From an uncultured Ignavibacteria bacterium (lineage in GTDB: Bacteria; Zixibacteria; MSB-5A5; JAABVY01; JAHJOQ01): 64,000 nucleotides of DNA. The stretch's first letter is position 1. Each line of letters opens with the position of its first letter. The stretch spans positions 3,338-67,337 of the forward strand of contig CAYQCE010000009.1 of NCBI GenBank assembly GCA_964415885.1. Direction: 5' to 3'. The notes beneath the pieces were generated by a model. It had not been told where the DNA came from. It worked only from the letters and a program-made list of their open reading frames with translations, and did not search any database. Shown here in pieces: positions 28,801 to 38,028 of the stretch. The translations under genes were made by a program, and so were the position numbers.

Positions 28801-29099
28801 ACTTCACACTTCGCTACAACTGCGCTCTCGCTCTTAACAATGCCGAAAGGTTCAGGGAGACTATCGAAGTCCTGTCGCCGGTTATTGATAACTACGCAGA
28901 GAATGAACGGTTTTCCGATCCAACAGCATGCGTGCACTCCTACTATGTACTTGGCGTAGCCTATGCTGAGACAAGCCAGATCGAGCCCGCGATTGAGCAC
29001 ATCGAGACATTCCTGAGTTTCTGGGGAAACGGTGATCCCGGGCTTCGTGGAGTTGAGGATGCCCGCGATCGTCTAAAACGACTGAGGTCGCAGACATAG
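25857..29099 (+). CDS. Hanks-type Ser/Thr protein kinase with TM segment and a long TPR-repeat region
   Basis: Kinase subdomains are present: …VALKFL… (Lys), HRDIKPGNI, DFGLA, GTIGYMAPE. A TM segment follows (LLSIAVVVALLLIFLA), then a TolB-N/CsgG-like region and about 10 TPR-like repeats (…ALAYAGLADAW…, …EAHASLGLTLMNLGNLQEA…). AAGGAG RBS. Confidence 0.85.
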   Translation: MESGSHDDDRTQGVTIVQPGTQIAHYDVVEKIGEGGMGEVYLANDTRLNRKVALKFLPTHFLADKSAKARFVREAQSAAGLDHPNIITIYEVSEFNGRPFFAMQYLEGDSLKDLITRAEMPVEKILDVAIQITSGLKHAHEKGVIHRDIKPGNISVDKTGRAVILDFGLAAVESEEALTQAGTTLGTIGYMAPEQIQGKEVDGRSDIFSMGVVLFEMLARTAPFKRDSQASTINAVLNEHPGPLSNYRENVEQGFEEVVSRALDKDVETRYQSASGMLADLKRLKKILDPESSTKTFVSVGSRKSDSGKRRFAITGGLLSIAVVVALLLIFLASDGTFFGNGVGPMGTGTATAGQWASSIAVLPFMDFSSEQNQEYFCDGMTDAIISKLTGIDELKVISMTSVMRYKSEDRDLEKIGEDLDVGAVLDGSVQKEGDNIRVSARLVDVENGQQLWSRQFDRKLESVFAIQDEISRNIVDVLKLELLGTEQKTLTQRHTDNIDAYNLYVQGRFFWRKRTDEALRTAIDYFERAIELDSNYALAYAGLADAWAVLPGYSTSPEDSATVMAEKAATRAVELNSSIAEAHASLGLTLMNLGNLQEARESLERAIDLNPGYSWAHTWYSNVLGQLGMKEESLKELEIAYELDPLSIVNLMNLASDRSEQGRVERAIELLERALEIEENVKIYAMYATVLSRAGRPDEAIDQYEKAIALFPEMTSAWNSLAYMCGENVSYDSGLVVFDRCLEANPGNAEVYTDKGWYQSRYGDLEGARQSAQKALSIDPSRQKAGQLLFTAAMYQQEWDVAGSLLERFKEFIPPSEVMAHAELEKARAVLYAYQGRLEDAIALVEREFEYDSESDYNREVAARKTMAAGFYVAFEKYEEALSAIRQATRYSEKVFGKQSRCDNNYNRYARLLALNGEIARATEIGAEYSECWVAQDTIFEVLSDRIQAHIYYADGEYDTAGDFYLEVIDAMKRNRKSVMDFTLRYNCALALNNAERFRETIEVLSPVIDNYAENERFSDPTACVHSYYVLGVAYAETSQIEPAIEHIETFLSFWGNGDPGLRGVEDARDRLKRLRSQT

Positions 29100-29349
29100 G
29101 TTCTCGCGTCGCGAACCTTCGCTTTTACCCGCCTGACACGGGGGAACATTCATTTGCCCGAATACGTTGTGAAAATTGGAGATTAAAGATTTCCTGCCGC
29201 GAGATGTAGAAGCAGCTAATCAGAGACTGGTCTGAGGTCGGTCTTTTGTCTTTGATAATGTGTACGTTGTCTATCCATGTTAGCAACAACAATCAATTGT
29301 CGTATATAAGCAAATCTATGATGGAACTAAAGAATACGGAGAATTTGTC

Positions 29350-31245
29350 ATGAAAAGCATGCGTTTGAAAGCCGCTGTATTGGGCGCCAGCTTATGTCTC
29401 ACGATTCTGCCTGCCGTTTTGTTCGGAATCTCCTCACAGCATCCGGACGACAAGGTACAGTCGTGGGAGATTGAAGCGGAATTGAACCCGCAGATGCTGC
29501 GAAAGATAATCCATGAGCACGGAGGCGAGTGGTGCGCTACACAGAATGTCTGGCAGGAGCATGCCGCAGAGCAGGAATCCCAGTTCAGCCCTCAGTTGCC
29601 ATGTCCTTCGCAGGGTGCCTGCGACAATCCGAACACCCGAGATCTCTACCTTCCGTCACCAGGAGAGGAGGTCTACTACGTTCGCCTGAAGTTCAATGTA
29701 TTTGCTCTCAACGATGGCTCGCTTCTGGCTGCCACCGAGACTGTAATCGCGCAGAGCGTTGAGCGTCTCAACGCGGACTATGCGCCGGGCGGAATTCAGT
29801 TCTTGTACGAATATGAGCAAATCAACGACACCGACTATCGGTATTTTACGAATGATGAGGAACTCCTTATGAAGGGCATTTATGCGGAGAGCCCGTCCAC
29901 GCAGCTAAACATATTCGTCGTTGATATCAATGAGTCATATATAGGTGTCGGAACTTTCCCGTGGGACAACCGTGCTCTTACGGCTCAGGGTGGGATAATC
30001 ATTGATGACAACGTTATCGCGCAGCAGTTTACTACTCTGTCACATGAGGTTGGTCACTGCCTCGGTCTTTGGCATACATTCCACGGTGTCTCCGAGGTCG
30101 GCCAGTGCGGCGGATGCTATGAGGAAGCCGGGACGACTCAGGGGGATGTGAAAGGCGACTTCTGTCAGGATACGGACCCGACACCCACGAACTTCACATG
30201 CAGTCCTCCGGGCGGAACGGACCCATGCAGCGGTATCAGCTGGGGACCGACGGATGTGCAGAATTACATGGGCTATTCACCTGATGCCTGTCAGACCGAG
30301 TTTTCGACCGAGCAGTTTGCGCGATCGCGTTGCTGGACTCAGGCAGAGCTAACATCCTGGCTCGACCAGGATGTTGATTCGGACGGGATTCTCAATCCGG
30401 ACGACAACTGTCCGCTCGTGGCGAATGTTGACCAGTTCGATGGTGATGGAGACGGCGTCGGCGACGACTGCGATAATTGCCTCACAACCTCGAACCCTTA
30501 TCAGTTCGACGGCGATCTCGACGGGACCGGTGATTCCTGCGATGTCTGCACCGACTCCGACTCCGACGGCTATGGTGATCCCGGTTATGCCCTGAACGAA
30601 TGTCCGGATGACAACTGCCCGTTCGAGGCGAATGCGGATCAGCTCGACTCCGACGGCGACACATACGGCGATGCTTGTGACAACTGCCCGTCGATATACA
30701 ATATATATCAGTATGACGAGGACGGAGATGGCACCGGCGATCCGTGCGAGCCGTCCGGTTTGTACATGCAATGCTGCCTCGACCTTCCACCTGCCTATGT
30801 TGGTGAGCTGTTCAGCTACACTTTCCGGGCAGTTGGTGGAACGGAACCGTACACGTTCCGCAAAGGCATTGGTACTCTCCCGGCGGGGCTATCTCTTGAT
30901 GCCAACACCGGTGAGCTTTCCGGCAGTCCGGCATTCAAGTTCGAGTACTTCTTCTCGATTATCGTTGAGGATGTCGGTGGTTTAGAGGATACGGTTGGTG
31001 TGCCGTTCCCGATCGATGATCCTCCTCCGCCACCGTGGATCTGCGGTGACGTGAATGACAGCGATGGTATTGATATTGATGATATCGTGTACACGATCTC
31101 GTATGTCTTCCAAGGCGGACCGGCGCCGATGCCGGAGGAATCCGGTGACGTGAATTGCTCCGGCGCAGTCGACATCGATGATATTGTCTACCTGATCGAC
31201 TACGTCTTCACCGGCGGAGATGATCCATGTACAGCCTGTCTGTAA
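29350..31245 (+). CDS. Secreted M43 (pappalysin/cytophagalysin-like) zinc metalloprotease with thrombospondin type-3 repeats, an Ig-like domain and a C-terminal dockerin
   Basis: Signal peptide, then the metzincin motif [15 protein letters not shown]. About 4 TSP3-like Ca-binding repeats follow (…[35 protein letters not shown]…). A putative Ig domain is seen (…[36 protein letters not shown]…). The C-terminus has a duplicated dockerin Ca-loop ([22 protein letters not shown]… / [22 protein letters not shown]…). Confidence 0.8.
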   Translation: MKSMRLKAAVLGASLCLTILPAVLFGISSQHPDDKVQSWEIEAELNPQMLRKIIHEHGGEWCATQNVWQEHAAEQESQFSPQLPCPSQGACDNPNTRDLYLPSPGEEVYYVRLKFNVFALNDGSLLAATETVIAQSVERLNADYAPGGIQFLYEYEQINDTDYRYFTNDEELLMKGIYAESPSTQLNIFVVDINESYIGVGTFPWDNRALTAQGGIIIDDNVIAQQFTTLSHEVGHCLGLWHTFHGVSEVGQCGGCYEEAGTTQGDVKGDFCQDTDPTPTNFTCSPPGGTDPCSGISWGPTDVQNYMGYSPDACQTEFSTEQFARSRCWTQAELTSWLDQDVDSDGILNPDDNCPLVANVDQFDGDGDGVGDDCDNCLTTSNPYQFDGDLDGTGDSCDVCTDSDSDGYGDPGYALNECPDDNCPFEANADQLDSDGDTYGDACDNCPSIYNIYQYDEDGDGTGDPCEPSGLYMQCCLDLPPAYVGELFSYTFRAVGGTEPYTFRKGIGTLPAGLSLDANTGELSGSPAFKFEYFFSIIVEDVGGLEDTVGVPFPIDDPPPPPWICGDVNDSDGIDIDDIVYTISYVFQGGPAPMPEESGDVNCSGAVDIDDIVYLIDYVFTGGDDPCTACL

Positions 31246-31276
31246 TCGGACGATAATCTCGTCTTAGGAGATTAAA

Positions 31277-31311
31277 GCCCCCGGGTAACAGTCCGGGGGC
31301 TTTCCTGTTTT
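31277..31311 (+). terminator. Rho-independent terminator after the M43 protease gene
   Basis: Stem GCCCCCGG / CCGGGGGC with loop GTAACAGT, followed by TTTCCTGTTTT. Confidence 0.7.
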
Positions 31312-31587
31312 GTACGCACCAGGTTTCGCCTGATCCTGCGTCCGCGCTCTACGGCCGTTTGACCCCGCGCAACCCCAACGGTCCCTTCGCTTATGCGGCA
31401 CTGCGGTCAGATCAAACCCGCCAACGGCGCGCAGGATCTGACCGAACCCCACCAGGGATCTTCTGAAGCGCCCGAGGGCCGGGGGCCTTTTCTTTGGCAT
31501 CTCAGTGGCGGTTTTCTCTCCAAATCGGTTGACCTCGCGCGATACTGGGCTATATTCGTCGTGACCAGTTTGGCTGTTGCGGATGCG

Positions 31588-33891
31588 ATGAATAGAATGA
31601 CCCTCTCGATATTATGTTTGTGCCTTGTTCTCTGCCTGATTCCATCTGTCAGTGCAAGCGGCGTTGAGCATTTGAAAATCGATCCGGTTCGGGATTCGAT
31701 GGCGTTGCCGTGCAGATTCGATTTGTTAAGAAGCAAAGTGTTCTGGGACAGTCAGAGGCTCTCGAAGCGCACAGGTCTCTACAGAGCTGTGAGATGGAGG
31801 GTAGACGGTTCGATGGGCTCGTATGTGGCGGTGAACAACTGGCTTATCAGCGATGCGAGATCCGGCATCGTGCTCTACGACGATATCGGCTCGGAAAGCA
31901 CTATCGAACATGTTAATGTACCTACGTCGAAGATCAGCGATGTGGAGGCATATCATCTCGACGACGATTCGACTGCGGAGCTGATTGTCACCTACTCACG
32001 GGACGATACCGCATGGGTTGAGCTGTTCAAGATCTCGAGCGACGACTCGATGAAAGCATTCCTGGCTACGGGCGAGGATCGAGATGGCAGCGGGCATTGG
32101 GACGGCTCCGCAGCGATCATCGGGCACTATGATGTCAACGGTGACGGCATCGAGGAGATATTCTTCAGTGTTGACACCGGGTACGATCTCTATCCTCGTG
32201 GATTGGTATGTCTGGACTGGACAGATGGGAGCATCTTGTGGAACGTGCCGCTTTCGAGTCTTATTGGTAAGGAGACTTTTCGTATCGTGACGCGCCCGGA
32301 TGGTATGAACGTCATTACGTTCGAGATCGGTTCCAAAGCGAACAACGCTGTCGCGGGGGAGCTGACCGACAGGAGGTCGTATATGGCGTGTGCGAGCCTC
32401 GAAGGCGATCTCCTGTGGGCGATCCCGTCTGGCGAGAAATTCACGTCTGCGAAGCTTGCATACCTGGATTTCGACGGGGACGGATACGTCGAGGTCCTCA
32501 TGCAGTGGACCCCCGAGGCAGAGATGCTCTTATGCGAGCGGGAAGATGACTACAATCCGGAACACTACCTTCAGATTATCGACCTTTACGGGAATGTGAT
32601 CAGAAGGATGTCCCTGGGGAAGGGTTTGCAGGTGCGTTGCACGCAGGCGGTCGATATGCTCGACGGTAGGGGGATGCAGATTGTTGTGTCTTTCACTGAT
32701 AATTTGATACGAACCTATGACCTGAACCTCGAGCTTAAGCGCTCCGTTACTACATATACTTCATTCGTAATAGTAGGCTTCCATAACTTCACCGGTGATG
32801 AGACTCGAGAGTTTTTTGCAAAATCGGATGATTCGCGTATGTGGATTCTCGATGCGGATTTCGAACCGCTGGCCCAGATTGGTTTCGCCGAGCCGCTCGT
32901 CTATCCATCACTCTATCCTTTGGATGATGATGATCGGTACGGTATCATCGCGGGGATTGAGGCCGGACACGAATTTCGTCGAATGGTCGTAGCGGATCTC
33001 CCGTGGAACTATGTTTTTTACCGCAAGCCGTGGCTGGCGTTTCTTGCAGCTTTTGTGCCCATGTTTCTCATAGCCTCGTTCGCTGTGTTTCACGGCGCTC
33101 GTATGAGACATAAGAACAGACAGATATCGAAGGCTCGCGATGATCTCGATGCCGCCCTGATAGAGCTGAGAGATACGCAGCAGAAGCTCGTTGCCGCCGA
33201 GAAATTCCGGGAAGCCAGGAGTATCGCAGGAGGCTTTGCCCATGAGATACGTAACGCCTTGTTTCCGGCTCGCGGCATTCTGTCCCGCATGGCTCAAACT
33301 GTCTCCGGCGGAGAATCTGCGGATTTGAACGAGCTCGCATCGCACAGCCGCTTCGCGGACAGGTCCATAGCCAAAGCAATCGAGCTGACTACACTAATCA
33401 CCAAGTATACCAGGATCGAGTCTGAATATGATCCGCAGCGCGTCTTGATAGATCCGGTCATTCGGGATGTTCTGAGCGAGAACAGGATCCGCGTGGAAGA
33501 GATGGATGTCGAGGTGAATGTCTCCGGTGAATCAGATACCGAAGTTGTATCGAATCGCAAGCAACTCTATTCCGTACTGAACAATTTGCTTCTTAACAGC
33601 CTCGACGCTTTAGCGCAGTCTGATGAACGAGAAATCGAGATTCGCTGGAGGCGGAGCAAGGAGAATGGAGTGACTCTCGTCTGGCGCGATACCGGCTGCG
33701 GAATACCGGAGGAAAATCTCGGTCGGGTGTTCGAGTCCTTTTTCTCAACCAAGCCTGACAAGGGAACCGGGATAGGACTTGCGACAGTTAAGAAGATCAT
33801 TGAACTATATGAGGGGACAGTGACTGTCAGCAGTGATGGCCGGAACGGTGCGGTGTTTGAGATAACTATGAAAGACGCACTCGAAAGTTGA
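31588..33891 (+). CDS. Sensor histidine kinase with a large extracytoplasmic FG-GAP/beta-propeller-like sensor domain
   Basis: Start chosen at ATG 31588 (MNRMTLSILCLCLVLCLIPSVSASG signal/TM segment). The earlier ORF portion is non-protein-like. The ~500-aa periplasmic part carries DxNGDG-type repeats (…YDVNGDGIEEIFF…, …LDFDGDGYVEVL…). A TM segment follows (…WLAFLAAFVPMFLIASFAVF…), then HisKA (…FAHEIRNALFPA…) and HATPase_c (…DTGCGIPEENLGRVFESFFSTK…GTGIGLA…). Confidence 0.75.
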   Translation: MNRMTLSILCLCLVLCLIPSVSASGVEHLKIDPVRDSMALPCRFDLLRSKVFWDSQRLSKRTGLYRAVRWRVDGSMGSYVAVNNWLISDARSGIVLYDDIGSESTIEHVNVPTSKISDVEAYHLDDDSTAELIVTYSRDDTAWVELFKISSDDSMKAFLATGEDRDGSGHWDGSAAIIGHYDVNGDGIEEIFFSVDTGYDLYPRGLVCLDWTDGSILWNVPLSSLIGKETFRIVTRPDGMNVITFEIGSKANNAVAGELTDRRSYMACASLEGDLLWAIPSGEKFTSAKLAYLDFDGDGYVEVLMQWTPEAEMLLCEREDDYNPEHYLQIIDLYGNVIRRMSLGKGLQVRCTQAVDMLDGRGMQIVVSFTDNLIRTYDLNLELKRSVTTYTSFVIVGFHNFTGDETREFFAKSDDSRMWILDADFEPLAQIGFAEPLVYPSLYPLDDDDRYGIIAGIEAGHEFRRMVVADLPWNYVFYRKPWLAFLAAFVPMFLIASFAVFHGARMRHKNRQISKARDDLDAALIELRDTQQKLVAAEKFREARSIAGGFAHEIRNALFPARGILSRMAQTVSGGESADLNELASHSRFADRSIAKAIELTTLITKYTRIESEYDPQRVLIDPVIRDVLSENRIRVEEMDVEVNVSGESDTEVVSNRKQLYSVLNNLLLNSLDALAQSDEREIEIRWRRSKENGVTLVWRDTGCGIPEENLGRVFESFFSTKPDKGTGIGLATVKKIIELYEGTVTVSSDGRNGAVFEITMKDALES

Positions 33892-33921
33892 GATTCGTAT
33901 TGCTGTCTAAAGGGAGGAAAC

Positions 33922-35319
33922 TTGGATTCTGCAGTACCGAAGCCGAAAGTGATATTCGTCGACGATGAGCCCGAAGCGCTCGAGCTGTTCGAAATCATCT
34001 ATTCCGCAAAGTACGATGTGGTCCTCTGTTCGTCGGGAAAAGCGGCGATAGAGGCCGCAAGAACAAACCCGGACTCGGCCGTAGTTGTGATGGACATCAG
34101 GATGCCCAACATGGATGGAGTCGAGGCACTGAGAGAGGTCCTGAAGATTCTCCCGAAGGCGAAGGGGATATTCCACACGGCTTTTGCCGGGGAGTACGAC
34201 GAAGATGAGATTGACGCCAGGGAGAAGCCGTACGAGTTCGTTCTTAAGGGTGAATCCTCAACCCGGCTGGATCGTGCGATCCGTCACGGTGTAAATGAGT
34301 ATCTGCTCGAGAGTGACAACAGCCGACTGATCAAAATGGCACGCAGGGATTTCGGCCTCATCGGCACTTCCGAGGTCATGCGGCATCTCTACACGCAGGT
34401 CAAGAAGGTCTCCGCGAGTGACTGCAAGGTGTTGCTGCTCGGAGAATCGGGCACGGGGAAAACCAGGATCGCGAAGGCGATTCATGGCAACAGCTCGAGA
34501 GCGCAGGCCAGGTTTTACGCATATTCATGCACCGGAAAACCGACGGAGATACTCGAATCCGAGCTTTTCGGCCACTGCAAGGGTGCATTCACAGGTGCAT
34601 ATGAGGACAGGATCGGATGGTTCGAATACACGCATAAGGGCACGATCCTTCTGGATGAGATTGGCGACCTCGATCAGCATACGCAGACGAAGATTCTCAA
34701 GGTCGTCGATGAAGGCGCGTTCAGCAGACTCGGAGAGACGATTGAGCGGGTGACGGATGTCCGCCTGATAACAGCAACCAACAGAGACATAAATGCTCTC
34801 GTCGAATCGGGTACTTTCAGGGAGGACCTGTATTATCGTATCGAGGGTGTCAAGATAACGGTACCTCCGCTTCGAAAACGAGCCGAGGACATTCGCCTGC
34901 TTGTGAATCACTTCGTAGGTATCGAGGCCGAGGAGAAAGAGCTGCCACCGCTGATTGTCGACGAATCCGGCTACTCTGTCCTCGAGGACTATCACTGGCC
35001 AGGGAATGTTCGTCAACTTGAAACTGTAGTCGAGAGGCTTGTCCTAACCTCAAGCTCCAGTCTCGTGACCGGAGATGAGGTTCGCAATGCGCTGGAGCTG
35101 AACGCTGCGTCAGACGAGAGCGACGACCTCAAATACGATGAATTCATGAGACGCGCTGAGCGAAAGCTGATTCTGGTCGCCCTGCGGCGAGCTGATTTCG
35201 TGGTAGCACATGCGGCGCAGCTACTCGATATCAGCCGTCAGAGCTTGTTCCGCAAGATCAAAGAACACGGCTTGGATCTGGATTCGCTGCGGGACGGTGA
35301 TTCCGCGTCCGAAACGTAA
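33922..35319 (+). CDS. Sigma-54-dependent response regulator (NtrC family: REC - AAA+ sigma54 activator - Fis-type HTH)
   Basis: TTG start after GGGAGGA. REC domain (…VIFVDDEP…VVMDIRMPNMDG…), Walker A GESGTGKT, the sigma-54 contact motif GAFTGA and a C-terminal HTH (…AHAAQLLDISRQSLFRKIKEHGL). Confidence 0.85.
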   Translation: MDSAVPKPKVIFVDDEPEALELFEIIYSAKYDVVLCSSGKAAIEAARTNPDSAVVVMDIRMPNMDGVEALREVLKILPKAKGIFHTAFAGEYDEDEIDAREKPYEFVLKGESSTRLDRAIRHGVNEYLLESDNSRLIKMARRDFGLIGTSEVMRHLYTQVKKVSASDCKVLLLGESGTGKTRIAKAIHGNSSRAQARFYAYSCTGKPTEILESELFGHCKGAFTGAYEDRIGWFEYTHKGTILLDEIGDLDQHTQTKILKVVDEGAFSRLGETIERVTDVRLITATNRDINALVESGTFREDLYYRIEGVKITVPPLRKRAEDIRLLVNHFVGIEAEEKELPPLIVDESGYSVLEDYHWPGNVRQLETVVERLVLTSSSSLVTGDEVRNALELNAASDESDDLKYDEFMRRAERKLILVALRRADFVVAHAAQLLDISRQSLFRKIKEHGLDLDSLRDGDSASET

Positions 35320-35625
35320 ACGAAGTGATACTCGCAGAGTCGCCAAAAGTCAGATATCTGAGACAAGGCGTGCGTCGCGCTGCTTGATGCCAAGCTCCAA
35401 GCCACTGGTTACCAGCCCTTTACACTCGGATTCCAGCCTTGTGTCGTTCCGGCACGGTTCTTGATACTGGACATTAGAAGAGGTGAATCCTATTTGGTTG
35501 CATCGTGCGTCTGTCCGGTGATGCTAAGAGTTAATACTCTGGGGATGGACTGGGCAGAGAATGTGCGATTCGCATGCTCAGCGTCGACTGGTGAAAGTGG
35601 CGCGCGGTGCAACAATAATCAGATC

Positions 35626-35656
35626 GGCCGCTCGTCCTCGGGCGGCCGTTTCATTT
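35626..35656 (+). terminator. Rho-independent terminator-like hairpin inside a gene-free region
   Basis: GGCCGCTCG-TCCT-CGGGCGGCC (9-bp stem with one mismatch) followed by GTTTCATTT. Confidence 0.5.
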
Positions 35657-35794
35657 ATGTAGATAGATAATCTCGCGATCCGATGCCGGTTTAACTTTGC
35701 CATAATACTATCTTAGCATTCGGCGGGCTTATTGGGCGTGCGCTCGTGTGCTAACTGCACCACAGGAAACCTCGCTACTATGGCGCGAGGTTAG

Positions 35795-35830
35795 GGAGCC
35801 TCAGCTCAGGCTACGCTGAGGCTCCTTTTT
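35795..35830 (+). terminator. Rho-independent terminator (plus strand)
   Basis: Perfect 11-bp stem GGAGCCTCAGC/GCTGAGGCTCC with a 9-nt loop, then TTTTT. The U-tract exists only on the plus strand. Confidence 0.7.
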
Positions 35831-35838
35831 CAAGACGC

Positions 35839-36531
35839 TTATCTCGGATAACGGATCCCGTTCACGTAGGCTGAGTCGAGCACTATATCGCCGTTGTCGA
35901 TCAAACCAACACCCGGGGCATAATACTCTCGGTAGGCATCCGGGCTGTCAATATCCGGCTTGCCGTTAGCATCGACCGGCGTATATAGCAGCGTCATGCA
36001 GTTCACGAACGTTCCCGCAGTTACGGTGTGCGTGCTGTAACCGTCGAAGATCAGGAATCCCTCAATGTCGAATGTTATCAGCTGATTACGGATATCAGTG
36101 GCCACTGAACTGTAGTAATGCGGCCTGTCGGATCTGAGATTGAACGGAATCTCGAGTGCCGGCTCAACCGAAAGAACTTCTGTCACTTGTGGTGAAATTC
36201 TCACGCCGAGGAAGTGCTGTTCGAACGAGAATGTATCCAGGCTCCAGCATTCGAAGAACCCGCCGTTCTCTGTGATACCAATGCAATCGCCGGCCGGAGT
36301 GCCTTCGATGGTTATATCGGGCGCTACTTCGCGCACTATTTCCCAGCTCTCGCCTGATTCATTAGTGTAGGTGTAGTACCAGATATCACAGCTGTCGAGA
36401 TGGAAATACTCGATGGCGTCCGGGATTCCGTCACCGGGGTCGTTTCTCAGAATCTTGACCGTATCTTCCGAACCGCAGCCGTAAAGGACAACCAGGGACA
36501 ATGCTACAGCTACTGTGATTAGATAGCGCAT
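35839..36531 (-). CDS. Hypothetical lipoprotein
   Basis: N-terminus MRYLITVAVALSLVVLYGC has a lipobox-like L-Y-G-C. No recognisable domain downstream. Confidence 0.55.
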   Translation of the reverse strand: MRYLITVAVALSLVVLYGCGSEDTVKILRNDPGDGIPDAIEYFHLDSCDIWYYTYTNESGESWEIVREVAPDITIEGTPAGDCIGITENGGFFECWSLDTFSFEQHFLGVRISPQVTEVLSVEPALEIPFNLRSDRPHYYSSVATDIRNQLITFDIEGFLIFDGYSTHTVTAGTFVNCMTLLYTPVDANGKPDIDSPDAYREYYAPGVGLIDNGDIVLDSAYVNGIRYPR

Positions 36532-36583
36532 TCCATATCTCCTGAAGCTTGATTTGTGTTACGCGGCGGCTTTCAAGCAGATC

Positions 36584-37099
36584 TCAACTGCTTATACTGA
36601 GTTCATACCCTTCGAGTTCGTCGGATTTCGCCAGTATCTCATCTATACGGCGATCGAAATTGCCGTATGCCTGGGAGGATCCCCAGAGCTTGACAGTCTT
36701 CGAACCGTGATCGACGCGCATCCTGCCGCCGCCGACTATTCTCCATTCGGGATCGCGAAAAGTTATCGTGTTTTCGCCCTTGTAGATCGAAATGCCCATC
36801 TCTTCAGCAAATTTCTCGACAATGTGAGCATGGTAGGTGAAGAGTGCGGTAGGCGCGAAGACTATAAACTGATCGTCGCCCCTTCGGAGCTGAACGAATT
36901 TGCCTTCGCGTATACCGGACGGGCTGTTATTGTCTTCGATTTCTTCCGGCGGGAAATAGTCAATGAACCGAGCCAAATGACGCTCCTTTCTCTGTTGCCG
37001 TGAATGCAATCTAAACTCAGCTTCTACCGTCATGCAACACAAAAACCGCGCGAAAGTTGTCGGATTGAGGCTTGCGGGCAAACGGAGACTCGATCTCAT
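36584..37099 (-). CDS. Hypothetical protein, translationally coupled to the upstream EamA transporter gene
   Basis: The ATG at 37099 overlaps the TGA of the EamA gene (ATGA). Composition is protein-like and no family was recognised. The competing plus-strand ORF 36554-37003 was judged less likely. Confidence 0.5.
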   Translation of the reverse strand: MRSSLRLPASLNPTTFARFLCCMTVEAEFRLHSRQQRKERHLARFIDYFPPEEIEDNNSPSGIREGKFVQLRRGDDQFIVFAPTALFTYHAHIVEKFAEEMGISIYKGENTITFRDPEWRIVGGGRMRVDHGSKTVKLWGSSQAYGNFDRRIDEILAKSDELEGYELSISS

Positions 37100-38028
37100 C
37101 TGAGGAACAGCAGCACGATTCCGCCGACCGTTATCAATGCTCCGATGACCGCGCGAGCAGATGGATACTGGTGGTACACGAAGATACTAACCGGAATGAT
37201 GACGACAGGCACGGATGCCATGATTGCCGCCGCTACGCCGGTTTCAGTATGTCTGACCGCAATGAGCGACATCCAGATTCCAAGAAACGGACCCGCGATG
37301 GCTCCGCCGAGAGTGTAGAGCATGGCATCGCGTTTCTTCATGGATCTCAATGCTCTCGCGGCCTTTCCGATCAACGAGGAGTATATCCAGATGACGGCGC
37401 AGGAGGCGACCATCCGGATCATGCTTGCTTCTATAGGCGTCAGAGTGTCCGCCATGGCGTGCTTTGCTATCACGAGCCCGACAGCCTGACCCAGAGCCCC
37501 AAGTATTGCGAAAGCTATTCCGAGTGCCTTGGGGCCGGCATCCAGATCACCCTCTTTCAGCTTCCACTCCGATTGCCGTTCGGCTGTGACCCAGGCTATG
37601 CCAATAAACGCCACAACGATACCGGAGACTGCCATTATGCCGAGCTTCTCGCTGAGAAAGAACCATGACATGACTGCGGTCATGAGCGGCCAACTCGCGA
37701 AAATGAGTGTGGCGAGCCGAGGACCGAGAATCACGAGTGACCGAAAGAGAAAAGAGTCTCCAAGAACCAGTCCGGCAATTCCACTGATTGCCAGTAATAT
37801 CATTTGGTAGTTGGAGGCGTGTGTCGGGAATAATTTCCCCGTTGTAATGTAGACGACTGTGCCGATCATGAAGATCGCCATCGGAATCCGAATCATGTTG
37901 ACATAGAAAGAGCCGATCCGTCTCGATGCAGCCGTGAAGAAGACGGCGGTTAGCGACCAGCAGAATGCTGTGGCGAGAGCTGCTATTTCACCGGCGAATT
38001 GTCCCATTTGATCTCCAGAAGCCAGCAA
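37096..38028 (-). CDS. EamA/DMT-superfamily transporter (10-TM permease)
   Basis: 310 aa and almost entirely hydrophobic. Two repeated 5-TM halves are typical of EamA domains. Confidence 0.8.
   Translation of the reverse strand: MLASGDQMGQFAGEIAALATAFCWSLTAVFFTAASRRIGSFYVNMIRIPMAIFMIGTVVYITTGKLFPTHASNYQMILLAISGIAGLVLGDSFLFRSLVILGPRLATLIFASWPLMTAVMSWFFLSEKLGIMAVSGIVVAFIGIAWVTAERQSEWKLKEGDLDAGPKALGIAFAILGALGQAVGLVIAKHAMADTLTPIEASMIRMVASCAVIWIYSSLIGKAARALRSMKKRDAMLYTLGGAIAGPFLGIWMSLIAVRHTETGVAAAIMASVPVVIIPVSIFVYHQYPSARAVIGALITVGGIVLLFLR

Noticed and set aside
31393-31587. N-terminal 65 codons of the ORF-track histidine kinase ORF
   Set aside because: The translation (MRHCGQIKPANGAQDL…) is not protein-like and overlaps the upstream terminator. 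The ATG at 31588 begins a proper signal/TM segment.
35461-35670. 69-aa plus-strand ORF in the gene-free region
   Set aside because: It reads straight through the 35626-35656 terminator hairpin. It has no RBS and a Cys/Arg-rich composition unlike real small proteins.
36554-37003. 149-aa plus-strand ORF
   Set aside because: It competes with the minus-strand ORF 36584-37099, whose ATG overlaps the EamA stop (ATGA coupling). The plus-strand ORF has no RBS and begins inside a palindromic intergenic stretch.
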